Shown here in pieces: positions 1-10,377 of a DNA stretch of 64,000 nucleotides. The DNA comes from Podarcis muralis (Eukaryota). Numbering within the stretch: the first letter of the stretch is position 1; every line of letters starts with the position of its first letter. A program made the position numbers and the translations under genes. The notes under the pieces are model-generated. The model worked only from the letters and a program-made list of their open reading frames with translations, did no database searches and was not told the origin of the DNA. The DNA lies in assembly GCF_964188315.1 (NCBI RefSeq), contig NC_135662.1:7626001-7690000 (forward strand), given 5' to 3'.

Positions 1-1665
1 TTTCTTTAAGAACTTGCCATAGTTTGCTGTGGTCGACACAGTCAAAGGCTTTTGCATAGTCAATGAAGCAGAAGTAGATGTCTTTCTGGAACTCTCTAGC
101 TTTCTCCATAATCCAGCGGATGTTTGCAATTTGGTCTCTGGTTCCTCTGCCTCTTCTAAATCCAGCTTGCACTTCTGGGAGTTCTCGATCCACATACTGC
201 TTGAGCCTTCCTTGTAGAATTTTAAGCATAACCTTGCTAGCGTGTGAAATGAGTGCAATTGTGCGGTAGTTGGAGCATTCTTTGGCACTGCCCTTCTTCG
301 GGATTGGGATGTAGACTGATCTTCTCCAATCTTCTGGCCACTGCTGAGTTTTCCAAATTTGCTGGCATATTGAGTGTAGCACCTTAACAGCATCATCTTT
401 TAAAATTTTAAATAGTTCAGCTGGAATACCATCACTTCCACTGGCCTTGTTATTTGCAGTGCTTTCTAAGGCCCATTTGACTTCACTTTCCAGGATGTCT
501 GGCTCAAGGTCAGCAACCACACTACCTGGGGTGTACGAGACATCCATATCCTTCTGGTATAATTCCTCTGTGTATTCTTGCCACCTCTTCTTGATGTCTT
601 CTGCTTCTGTTAGGTCCTTACCACTTTTGTCCTTTATTATGGTAATCTTTATACGAAATGTTCCTTTCATATCTCCAATTTTCTTGAACAGATCTCTGGT
701 TCTTCCCATTCTGTTGTTTTCCTCTATTTGTTTGCATTGCTCGTTTAAGAAGGCCTTCTTGTCTCTCCTTGCTATTCTTTGGAAATCTGCATTCAATTTC
801 CTGTATCTTTCACTATCTCCCTCGCATTTTGCTTGCCTTCTCTCCTCCGCTATTTGTAAGGCCTCGTTGGACAGCCACTTTGCTTTCTTGCATTTCCTTT
901 TCATTGGGATGGTTTTCGTTGCTGCCTCCTGTACAATGTTACGAGCCTCCATCCATAGTTCTTCAGGCACTCTGTCCACCAAATCTAAATCCTTAAACCT
1001 GTTCCTCACTTCCACTGTGTATTCATAAGGGATTTGACTTAGATTGTATCTTACTGGCCCAGTGGTTTTTCCTACTTTCTTCAGTTTAAGCTTGAATTTT
1101 GCTATAAGAAGCTGATGATCTGAGCCACAGTCAGCTCCAGGTCTTGTTTTTGCTGACTGTATAGAGCTTCTCCATCTTTGGCTGCAGAGAATATAATCAA
1201 TCTGATTTCGATGCTGCCCATCTGGTGATGTCCATGTGTAGAGTCGTCTCTTGTGTTGTTGGAAAAGAGTGTTTGTGATGACCAGCTTGTTCTCTTGGCA
1301 GAACTCTATTAGCCTTTGCCCTGCTTCGTTTTGAACTCCAAGGCCAAACTTGCCAGTTGTTCCTTTTGTCTCTTGACTCCCTACTTTAGCATTCCAATCC
1401 CCTATAATGAGAAGAACATCCTTCTTTGGTGTCACTTCTATAAGGTCTTGTAAGTCTTCATAGAATTGGTCAATTTCAGTTTCTTCAGCGCCAGTAGTTG
1501 GTGCATAAACTTGGATTACTGTGATGTTAAAAGGTCTGCCTTGGATTCGTATCGAGATCATTCTATCATTTTTGAGATTGCATCCCAGTACAGCTTTCGC
1601 CACTCTTTTGTTGACTATGAGGGCCACTCCATTTCTTTTACGGGTTTCTTGCCCACAGTAGTTTA
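1..1665 (-). mobile_element. RTE-BovB LINE, 5'-truncated; APE endonuclease plus start of RT, running off the window
   Basis: Manual minus-strand translation is open from about 1660 to base 1: YCGQETRKRNGVALIVN..IQVYAPT..IGDWNAKVG..RNQIDYILC..GSDHQLL..NYRTIALISHASKVMLKIL..FIDYAKAFDCVDH. The ORF track omits it because there is no stop codon in the window. Confidence 0.97.
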
Positions 1666-2501
1666 TATCATATACCCCCCCCCCCAAAAAAAAAACATTA
1701 ATAAGAAAACAATAAGAACATAGAGAAAAAGAGAGAAGAGGAAAAGCAGGAAATATAGAACAAGAGAGAGAGAGACAAATAAAGGAGAAACAGTCATATT
1801 TCTGATCACACCTTCCATAATCTGCATCTTCAGGAAAAACACTTAGAGCAAGAGGGAAGCTTGTCGTTACCTCAGATATGGACAGGCAAGACACACAGCC
1901 AAAATCTGTGAAACTTGAACCCAAAACTTGCGGTTCTTTTCCTCAGTTTATATTCTCTTAGAATTATAGATAACCACACAATCATGCACACAAAGCATAT
2001 AACAAAAGAGTCTGCTTTTATTACTTCGATTTTCCACAAAATTTACAGTATATACTACATGATTATAAGAAAAAACCCTCAAAGCAGTTTACAAAAAGAA
2101 TAAAGCAATAAAATTCACACACAAAACAATTTGATATGTCTATGATGCAGTAACAGAATCATAGATTTGTATAATTGGGAGGGATCTTGAGGATCATCTA
2201 ATCGAACCACCTGGTATGCAGGAATCTCAGCTAAATAATCCCTGACAGATGGCCATCCAACCTCTATTTAAAAACCTCTAAGGCAGTGTTTCCCAACCTT
2301 TTTTGGGCAAAGGCACACTTGTTTGATGAAAAAAATCTCGAGGCACACCACCATTACAGCCCCGTGACGTCAGCGCGCAGCGTCACGCCGGGAGGGACGC
2401 ACGAAAGTGTAACTTTCAATTTTTTCCCCTCCCCCTTGCCGGGGAACCTCCAAGCTTTGGGGGTGGGGGGGGAGGAGGCAGCAAAGCGAGGGACTGAGGG
2501 A

Positions 2502-2525
2502 CCCTAACCCTAACCCTAACCCTCA
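2502..2525 (+). repeat. Short telomere-like repeat (CCCTAA)3 CCCTCA inside the hAT element
   Basis: Read directly: ccctaa ccctaa ccctaa ccctca. Confidence 0.85.
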
Positions 2526-3247
2526 CCGATCACCCGGGAAAGCATGCGAACGAGGAGCCCCCGTGTCCTGCTCCCGGCAGCGGACGGCACAAAGCGAGGA
2601 GGCCTGGACAAGGCAGCACGCTCCCCGCTCTCACTGCATCGGGGCTTTTCTCCTCCAGGCCGCTTTCGAAGTCCCCTTCTCCGCTCCCAAGAGCCGGAGC
2701 CGCTGCTTCCAGGCCCTGTCCGAGCCCCGACTTGTGGCCTCACTTCGAGGAGCGCCTGTTGCTGGGGACGGGGCTGCATCCCCCTCAGCCGCCGCCTCGC
2801 TTCCTTCCAGGAGACCCGACGGCTCCCCCTCTCCCGCTCACCCTCCTGCGCCCACAGCAGACCGAGACCTCCCCGCCCCCGCCCGGCTCGGCCCTACCTG
2901 GGCGCCTCCAAGCCCGGCCGGCTCCGCGTCGCGCTCCACGCCGGGCAGCTGCAGCAGGGGCTGTGCGGGGGCGCACGGCGGCCCGGCTGAGCGCGGCCCG
3001 GAGCCGCCGCGCCGTCGCTCGCGAGTCCCTCCGAGAGCCCGCGGGACTGACTCCGGAGTCGCGAGGCGGCGCGTCGCCCAGGGAAGGGGCGGCTTCCCAC
3101 AAGCACGACGACCGAAAAGAGCCCAGCAGAGCGCGCGCCCCGGAGGACTTGGGGGGGGGTCTGTAGGGCATCAGTGGCCCTCAGAATTCTGCCCGCCCCT
3201 CGCCCCATTTGATCCAGATTTACCCTCTGGGGAGAGCGAGCCCCGGC

Positions 3248-3261
3248 CCAGCAGGGGGCGC
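3248..3261 (+). promoter_or_regulatory. Candidate CTCF binding motif
   Basis: CCAGCAGGGGGCGC matches the CTCF core consensus CCASYAGRKGGCRS at every position. Binding is not demonstrated. Confidence 0.55.
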
Positions 3262-3995
3262 CCTCGCTCCGTCCTCCGGGAAGCAAACGCCCTCGCCCGC
3301 CTCCCTCCAGGCAACATCTCGTGGCACACCAGGCAACATCTCACGGCACACTAGTGTGCCGCGGAACACCGGTTGGGAAACACTGCTCTAAGGAAGGAGA
3401 GCTCCACTGCTGAACAGCTCTTACCATCAGAAAGTTATTCCTGATGTTTAGCCTGAATCTCATTTCCTGTAATTTGAATCCATTGGTTCGGTTCCTACCT
3501 CCAGAGCAGGAGAAAACAAGCTTTGCTCCATTTCCCATGTGACAGCACTTGAGATATTTGAAGAAAGATATGCTATCTCCTCTCAGTATCCTATGACCCA
3601 GGCTAAACATGCCCAACTCCCTCAACCATTCCTCATAAGGCTTGGTTTCCAGACCCTTGATCATCTTGTTTGCCCTCCTCTGCACACATTCCAGCTTGTC
3701 AGCATCCTTCTTAAATGGTGGTGCCTAGAACTGGACACAGTATTTGAAGTCTGTTGGAGTGGCATCATCCTTTTTCTGAGGAAATAAGGTATTCTCTCTG
3801 TATCTTCTTGGATTGGAAGAAATGTTTCATAACTTTACGAGATTTTTACTTGTATTGCCTTAAACTATGAAAGACTTGATCCACTCGGTGCTCTCCATAT
3901 GATTTGAACTACAATGTCCACCACAGCTGATGGAGGGAACCAAGTGTGAGAAGGCTGAACTATATAAACTCAAAGTGGGGAGCTTAAACTTCTAT

Positions 3996-4958
3996 TTAGC
4001 CTATTGCATTTTGACTGGGGAACTCTGGTTCCTCTCTGCTTTCTTCCTCCTCCTTTAAGATATTCTCAAGGATACTTTTAATTAACTCCCGCAAACGACG
4101 GCCCTTCTGTCTTCCTACCAGGAAATAAATCACTGGGTTAACAGTACTGTTAAGAGAGGAACATATGAATGCATATTCTAGGACGTAGGGATTTTTATAA
4201 TGCAGGGCCTGAACAGCATCCATTGGGAAAGCAAGGAGGAGGAAAAGCAGGAGAGTAATCAAGATGGCTGTTAAAAGCTTCCTCTGCTTACACTGTTGTG
4301 GTCTGAAGTAGATCTTCCAGGACAGGGTTGGGGTGGAGAAGGACATTAACAGGGTGCAAAGCAGGGCATTGACAAGAAACTGGTAGGAGCTTAGATTACA
4401 ATATTTCCCAGTTAGCACGAGTGTGATGTGAATTCCAGAAGGTAGGAAGGCAAGGATCCATATTGCGGGGCACACGATGGCGGACAGGTGTTTGTGCTTA
4501 TGTAAGTGATACCAAATGGGGGGAAAGACACACACGCACCTGTCAATGCTGATGACCGTCAGTAGAAACTGGCTAGCACTGTATGTGAATAGGAAGCCAG
4601 TGTAAAACAATGACCTTAGAAGCTCAAAATGCAAGGGATATGACTTACATACAATCCAGTTCAAATCAATAGCAACTACAGCAGTGAGTAAGCCAAAGTC
4701 AGCAATGGCGAGGTTCAGGATGTAGGTGGTGAAGTGATTCCTCTTGATGCGGAATGCCAGGAGCCAGATGACTGTCCCATTTCCCACAAATCCAAAAAGG
4801 CAGATAAGCAAAGTGAAGGTGATCATGAAAAACATTGCTAAAGAACTAGTGGCACAGCTCATTGGATCACGGTTGTTATTCGTTGGGATGCTTTGTGTTC
4901 CATTGTGTTCTTTTCCAGCATCCAGCTGGGACAGAACTGACTGGCAGAAATTTGCCAT
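3996..4958 (-). CDS. MAS-related GPCR (MRGPR/MAS1-like), R1, 320 aa
   Basis: ATG to TAA; seven hydrophobic helices; GFVGNGTVIWLL, YILNLAIADF, ISIDRC, NSTVNPVIYFLVG. Splice acceptor ttttctcctAG at 4997-4998 lies just upstream of the ATG. Confidence 0.95.
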   Translation of the reverse strand: MANFCQSVLSQLDAGKEHNGTQSIPTNNNRDPMSCATSSLAMFFMITFTLLICLFGFVGNGTVIWLLAFRIKRNHFTTYILNLAIADFGLLTAVVAIDLNWIVCKSYPLHFELLRSLFYTGFLFTYSASQFLLTVISIDRCVCVFPPIWYHLHKHKHLSAIVCPAIWILAFLPSGIHITLVLTGKYCNLSSYQFLVNALLCTLLMSFSTPTLSWKIYFRPQQCKQRKLLTAILITLLLFLLLAFPMDAVQALHYKNPYVLEYAFICSSLNSTVNPVIYFLVGRQKGRRLRELIKSILENILKEEEESREEPEFPSQNAIG

Positions 4959-5259
4959 CCTGGTCAGTTTCTGCTTTTCTGATGGAGAGAGACTTGCTAG
5001 GAGAAAAGAAACATAATTTCAAAAGTATTGAAATATTTATTATAGTATTTGCGGTGCTCATTTCCTGCATGAAGAATTCTGCAATTACCTATTAACGGTC
5101 CGGAATCCCTTTACCTTTACCTTTACACATGTCAATAATCTTGTCTCTAAAACAGTCAACTTCTGCCATAAATTATTTGCAGAGGTCAACAAATTTTTTG
5201 GACATAATCACAGCATTGTTGATATACCAGTTCTTAGATATTAATGCAGAAAGCTACTA

Positions 5260-5506
5260 CAGTGGTACCTCGGGTTAAGTACCGTACTTAATTCGTTCCG
5301 GAGGTCTGTTCTTAACCTGAAACTGTTCGTAACCTGAAGCACCACTTTAGCTAATGGGGCCTCCTGCTGCCGCCGCACTGCCGGAGCACGATTTCTGTTC
5401 TCATCCTGAAGCAAAGTTCTTAACCCGAGGTACTATTTCTGGGTTAGCGGAGCCTGTAACCTGAAGCGTCTGTAACCTGAAGCGTCTGTAACCCGAGGTA
5501 CCACTG
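5260..5506. mobile_element. Tc1/mariner Tigger-like MITE
   Basis: TIRs CAGTGGTACCTCGGGTTA / TAACCCGAGGTACCACTG; TA flanks both ends. Confidence 0.9.
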
Positions 5507-6184
5507 TATTAGATATTTGGAGGCTCTGAGGCCAAGCTGAAAAACAAATAGAGTTCTTATGAAACAACAACAGTGTGAACAATTTAATTGCCTGAACAAT
5601 TTAATTTTGTCAGAAACTGAGGTTTTATTTTAGGGGGGAATCTACCAATTTCTTTGCCTTTATTGTTGCCAGAAAATATGAATTCCAGTTTAAAATTATA
5701 AAAGATAAAATTTCAGAAAATATGCAAACAGAAGGTCTGGACAGAGGCTCATCGCACCCAGAATCTTTTTATCAAAGTAGTCAGATAAGTACCTACGGAA
5801 GCCTTCAAGCAGAATCCAACTGCAATAGCTCTCTCCTCATATGAGATTTCTAGCAACTGGTATTCAGAGACATACTGCCTGCAACAATGAAGGGTGAAAC
5901 ACAGCCAGCATGGCTAGAAGCTTTTGAGGCAACCATTACAGAGTCATTAGCATTCATCTCTGAGTTGGGAGTCTAGAAAATTTATCCGGCAGGTTTTCAT
6001 ACCTGTGAGTAGGCACCAATCAGCAGTCTTCAGATGTGGTGTGGGAAAAGCAGCAACGGTGTTGTATCTTGAATGGGAGTGCTGTGGGGAGTCCTGAAGA
6101 GAAAATGCTGCAACCATCAAGGGAATATGAGGTGATTTCCACCAAATTCGTTGCAAGATGCACCATAGATTCTGCTTGCTTGCC

Positions 6185-6295
6185 AGCCTGGCTTTTTCAG
6201 CCTCATAGAAGGGAACTAATGTGTCGCTTTATTGCAGATCAAGATAGCAATCAGTGATTTTAGGGGGAGGAACCTCTTGACATATAAGTCTTTCT
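6185..6295 (-). promoter_or_regulatory. Conserved upstream block, copy 1 (upstream of R1)
   Basis: atcaagatagcaatcagtgattttagggggaggaacctcttgacatataagtcttt aligns by eye with copy 4, gtcaagatagccatcaatgagtttaggaggagattctagccatgaaagtcttt. Confidence 0.6.
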
Positions 6296-7088
6296 GTCCT
6301 AAAAAGGTCTAGTCCTTTCATTAGGCAGAGCGAGGTTGCCAGTTCAGGAAACAAGTCCCCCCCCCCCCATTTTCGTTCATCGGGTTCATGTGCTATCTTT
6401 TCATTATCAGTGTACACACCCATGATTACGCACGTAAACTGTAGGAAACAAGAGTGTCATCATTTGCCAGCACACCCTTAAAGAAGAACTAAGAAACCAT
6501 AACTGGTGTAAAACGATAAATTTATTCAAATATAATCTGATGGAGGGTCTGCAAAGCAACAAATAAATATAATTATCTAAATCAAAATATAAGCCAGGCA
6601 ACGATGTTTCCTAAAGCAGGAGCCATCGGCTTGCTCCTCAATTCCTAGACACATGTTCAGGTGCCACCTGTGACCCAATAGCAAAGGATGGGAAGGGATA
6701 CTGTGAGAACTGTGTGGATGTGAATCGTGACCACAGACTTTTTTGGGCAGTTGCATGGCTTCATTACCAACCTGGGAACATTCTGCTGAAATTCTGGAAA
6801 AAATTATGCCATGACATAAATGTTCCAGCTTATGTTTTTGTCCCACTTTTTTCAGCTCTAGCCCCTCCTTGCAGCAAGGATATGGTAGCACTAGGGAAGC
6901 ATCACAGAACAAAGTAAAGTAGAATAAACCCATCACTTATTTATTTAGATCTTTTGCAATCCGCCCAACACTCAGAGGTCTCAGGGTGACTGGGTGGGAA
7001 CATATGCATATTGGAGCAAAGTAGTGCACTAAAAGAGAATATTACACAGTCAATATAAGTCACCATAAAAATGACTTATATTGACAGA

Positions 7089-7445
7089 GGACGCGGGTGG
7101 CCCTGTGGGTTAAACCACAGAGCCTAGGACTTGCCGATCAGAAGGTCGGCGGTTTGAATCCCTGCGACGGGGTGAGCTCCCGTTGCTCAGTCCCAGCTCC
7201 TGCCAACCTAGCAGTTCAAAAGCACGTCAAAGTGCAAGTAGATAAATAGGTACCACTCTGGCAGGAAGGTAAACGGCGTTTCCATGCGCTGCTCTGGTTC
7301 GCCAGAAGTGGCTTAGTCATGCTGGCCACATGACCCGGAAGCTGTATGCTGGCTCCCTCAGCCAATAAAGCGAGATGAGCGCCACAACCCCAGAGTCAGC
7401 CACAACTGGACCTAATGGTCAGGGGTCCCTTTACCTTTACCTTTA
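7089..7445 (+). mobile_element. Sauria SINE, full length
   Basis: tRNA-like head GGACGCGGGTGGCCCTGTGGGTTAAACC, body CAAGTAGATAAATAGGTAC, (ACCTTT)n tail. Confidence 0.93.
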
Positions 7446-7527
7446 AAAATGACAGAACACTATTTACTGTGGGGGTGGGCTTGGAGGAGAGGGAAAGGTG
7501 GCAATGCATCAAAGGGATGTACCAGGT

Positions 7528-7957
7528 TGTAAAGGTGGTGTTTCCCCTTCGCATTAACACCCTGGCACAGTCAGCTTGATATTTACAGTCTTTATTACAA
7601 GAAACAGCTACAGGATTGTGCATCTGAACCCGTTGAGTCAGATTCGGGGAGTGGCTTTATTTGATTCCCGCAAAAAGTAGGCGGGGTAATCGTGTGAGAC
7701 ATATTTGACCCTTATGTTTTATTTCCCTCCTTGTCTGTGCTGATTTGAAAGCCCCCTCCCTTCCAGAGTCTGAGATCCCTTCCCGGGCCTCTGGGCGGTG
7801 GAAGGGCTCTGCAACATCCCTGAGCCCTTCCTCCTCATGGCTAATCTCCAACCTCTCTTCCACTTCCTCTGTCTCTGGCCGGTTGAAAGGTTCCACAGCA
7901 TCCCCACCCCCCTGCTCTGCCTCTTCTGTCACTTCCTCCTCCAAATTCTCACTGACA
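7528..7957 (-). mobile_element. Solo LTR of an LTR retrotransposon or ERV
   Basis: TG...CA termini (tgtaaagg...ctgaca); exact 5-bp TSD CAGGT (7523-7527 and 7958-7962); AATAAA near the 3' end on the minus strand. Confidence 0.75.
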
Positions 7958-7970
7958 CAGGTGTCCAGGC

Positions 7971-7972
<2 letters not shown>

Positions 7973-8017
<45 letters not shown>
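7973..8017. repeat. (GT)n microsatellite
   Basis: Direct read. Confidence 0.98.
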
Positions 8018-8020
<3 letters not shown>

Positions 8021-8058
8021 ACACAAGGTGTGACTGAACAATTCGGTGAATGGTCACA

Positions 8059-8282
8059 GAAATCATAGAATCATAGAATCATAGAGTTGGAAGAGACCAC
8101 ATGGGCCATCGAGTCCAACCCCCTGCCAAGCAGGAAACACCATCAGAGCACTCCTGACATATGGTTGTCAAGCCTCTGCTTAAAGACCTCCAAAGAAGGA
8201 GACTCCACCACACTCCTTGGCAGCAAATTCCACTGTCGAACAGCTCTTACTGTCAGGAAGTTCTTCCTAATGTTTAGGTGGA
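8059..8282 (-). mobile_element. CR1 LINE 3' end
   Basis: (ATCATAGA)3 tail; ORF 8143-8352 contains LNIRKNFLTVRAVRQWNLLPRSVVESPSLEVFKQRLD. Confidence 0.92.
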
Positions 8283-8299
8283 CAGGGAGAAATATTTGA

Positions 8300-8780
8300 A
8301 CATACAATTGGCATTGGAAACCCATGAAATGGTTACAATTACGCATTTCCATGAAGAGTGGAAAACCATCAAAGATGACCCTCGGTCTGGTAGCCTGTCA
8401 ACAAGCAGAACAATGGCAAATGTCGACAGAGTTCATGAGTTATTGATGCAGGATCGGTGTTTGTCCATCTGAATGGTGGTGGAAGAATTGTATATTCCAT
8501 GTGAAATTGTTACTGAGGTTACTGAGTTGTCCCACCCTCCATATTCTCCTGATCTGGCCCCAGATTTATTTTTCCAAATCTGAAATCTGCACTGAAAGGG
8601 CACAGATTTTCACATGTCCAAGCTGCTGTGACAAGGGAACTGAAAGCAGTACAAAAAGAGGAATTCTCCAGAAGATTCCAACAGTTCTACAAATGTTGTC
8701 AATGGTGCCTTGTATCAGAGGGGTCTACTTTGAAGGCCTGTAAGGTATGTATGTTTGAATATTTCTCGCTGTCTGATTTC
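8300..8780 (+). mobile_element. Degraded, internally deleted mariner transposase
   Basis: KDDPRSGSLSTSRT..NVDRVHELLMQDRCLSI (HTH/linker); ccaccctccatattctcctgatctggcccca translates to HPPYSPDLAP; C-terminal ..YFEG. Confidence 0.85.
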
Positions 8781-9426
8781 TGTGACCCTTCACTGAGCAC
8801 ACACACACACACAACGTTCCATAATCCACGTCCTCACCTCAAACACTCAATGCAAGGAGCAGCTTGTAGCTACCTCCAATACAGAAAAACAGACCAAGCA
8901 AAAGTCTGTGGAACATGCACACAAACATTGTGGTTCTTTCCTGAATTTCATGCAAAGCATCAGTTTATATGCTCTTAGCATCACATATAACTCCACAAGT
9001 GTGCATGCACACACAGCGTATAATATGAAAGGTGCTCGTGACCAGCCATACTTCCAGTTTGAGCCCATACCAGTATGGGCCCCTAGGGTATATTTTCAAT
9101 GTTGCAAGAAAGGAATGAACACCTACAGTGAGGTAACTCTTTGCTGCCGAGTTCAGAGTCTGTTGCATTAGAACCATCCCTTTTCAAAGCAAGCAGTATC
9201 TTATTAGATATGAATACATGTTTGGTAACATTAAATAATCTGTACAAGCATTTTTTTTTTAAGAAAACAACAACAACTAGGAAATTCTTCTGCCACTTAG
9301 ACTACAACTTCCATAACACCAGATAGAGGGCACAGACTGGTGAAAAGCTCAACTATACAGTAATAGCAAAAGGAGAGAGCTTAAGCTTCTATGGAGGCTT
9401 CAATATTTATTTTCACTGGGGAACTC

Positions 9427-10377
9427 CTATTCCCCTTTGCTGTCTCCCTCCTCCTTTAAAACATTCTCAAGTATACTCTTAATTCTCTCCCGGGAATGAT
9501 GACTCTTCTTCCTTCCTACCAGGAAATAAATCGCAGGATTAATGGTGCTGTTAAGAGAGGCACATATGAACGCATATTCCAGGAGGTAGGGATCTTTATG
9601 AAACAGGGCCAGGTACTGAACAGCATCCATTGGGATAGCAAGGAGGAGAAAGAAGAGGAGTGTAAGTAAAATGGCCATTATAAGCTTCCCCCGCTTACAC
9701 TCATGTGGTTTTAAGTAGACCTTCATGGACAGGGTTACGGTGGAGAGGGACATTAAAAGGGTGCAGAGCAGGGCAATGGCAAGAAACTGGTAGGAGCTTA
9801 GATTACAATATTCCCCAGTTAGCCAGAGCGTGATGTGAATTCCAGACGTCACAAAGGCAAGGATCCATATTGCGGTGCACACGATGACGGACAGGTGTTT
9901 GTGCTTATGGAAGCGATACCAAATGGGGAAAAAGATGCACACAAACCTGTCAATGCTGATAACCGTCAGGAGAAGCTGGCTAGCACTGTATGTGAATAGG
10001 AAGCCAGTGTAAAACAATGACCTTAGAAGCTCAAAATGCAAGTAATGTGACTTACATACAACCCAATTCAAATCAATAGCAACTACAGCAGTGAGTACGC
10101 CAAAGTCAGCAATGGCGAGGTTCAGGACGTAGGTGGTGAAGTGATTCCTCTTGATGCGGAATGCCAGGAGCCAGATGACTGTCCCATTTCCCACAAATCC
10201 AAAAAGGCAGAGAAGCAAAGTGAAGGTGATCATGAAAAACATTGCTAAAGAACTAGCGGCACAGCTGGCCCTTGGATCACAGCTGTTATTTGTTGAGGAC
10301 TCCGTGATACTTTGCATTCCATTGTGTTCTTTTCCAGCATCCATCTGGGACAGAACTGACTGGCAGAAATTTGCCAT
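9427..10377 (-). CDS. MAS-related GPCR, R2, 316 aa (close paralog of R1)
   Basis: ATG to TAG; 7TM; YVLNLAIADF, ISIDRF, NSTINPAIYFLVG. Acceptor AG at 10425-10426. Confidence 0.95.
   Translation of the reverse strand: MANFCQSVLSQMDAGKEHNGMQSITESSTNNSCDPRASCAASSLAMFFMITFTLLLCLFGFVGNGTVIWLLAFRIKRNHFTTYVLNLAIADFGVLTAVVAIDLNWVVCKSHYLHFELLRSLFYTGFLFTYSASQLLLTVISIDRFVCIFFPIWYRFHKHKHLSVIVCTAIWILAFVTSGIHITLWLTGEYCNLSSYQFLAIALLCTLLMSLSTVTLSMKVYLKPHECKRGKLIMAILLTLLFFLLLAIPMDAVQYLALFHKDPYLLEYAFICASLNSTINPAIYFLVGRKKSHHSRERIKSILENVLKEEGDSKGE

Larger units (their letters stand above)
2284..3385. mobile_element. Non-autonomous hAT DNA transposon with a GC/CpG-rich interior
   Basis: Perfect 15-bp TIRs CAGTGTTTCCCAACC (2284) and GGTTGGGAAACACTG (3371-3385); perfect 8-bp TSD CTCTAAGG (2276-2283 and 3386-3393); no transposase ORF. 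Confidence 0.95.
2155..3750 (-). mobile_element. CR1 LINE 3' fragment, interrupted by the hAT element at 2284-3385
   Basis: ORF 3341-3685 gives QRRANKMIKGLETKPYEEWLRELGMFSL..RGD..NGFKLQEMRFRLNIRNNFLMVRAVQQW, the CR1 ORF2 C-terminus. The CR1 3' UTR with an AGAATCATAG tail is at about 2155-2283. Confidence 0.88.

Noticed and set aside
447-1028. 193-aa plus-strand ORF
   Set aside because: It is the antisense shadow of the open BovB frame.
2516-3354. Overlapping 87-263 aa Pro/Arg/Ala/Gly-rich ORFs on both strands
   Set aside because: Expected from stop-codon scarcity in very GC-rich DNA; no recognisable domain.
4744-5016. Recurrent plus-strand ORFs opposite receptor genes (also 10151, 40540, 45183, 45513, 59993, 60230)
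   Set aside because: Antisense shadows of conserved receptor codons; their similarity reflects paralogy only.
7657-8022. 121-aa acidic ORF with THTH repeats
   Set aside because: Arises from the (GT)n tract plus the purine-rich solo LTR strand.
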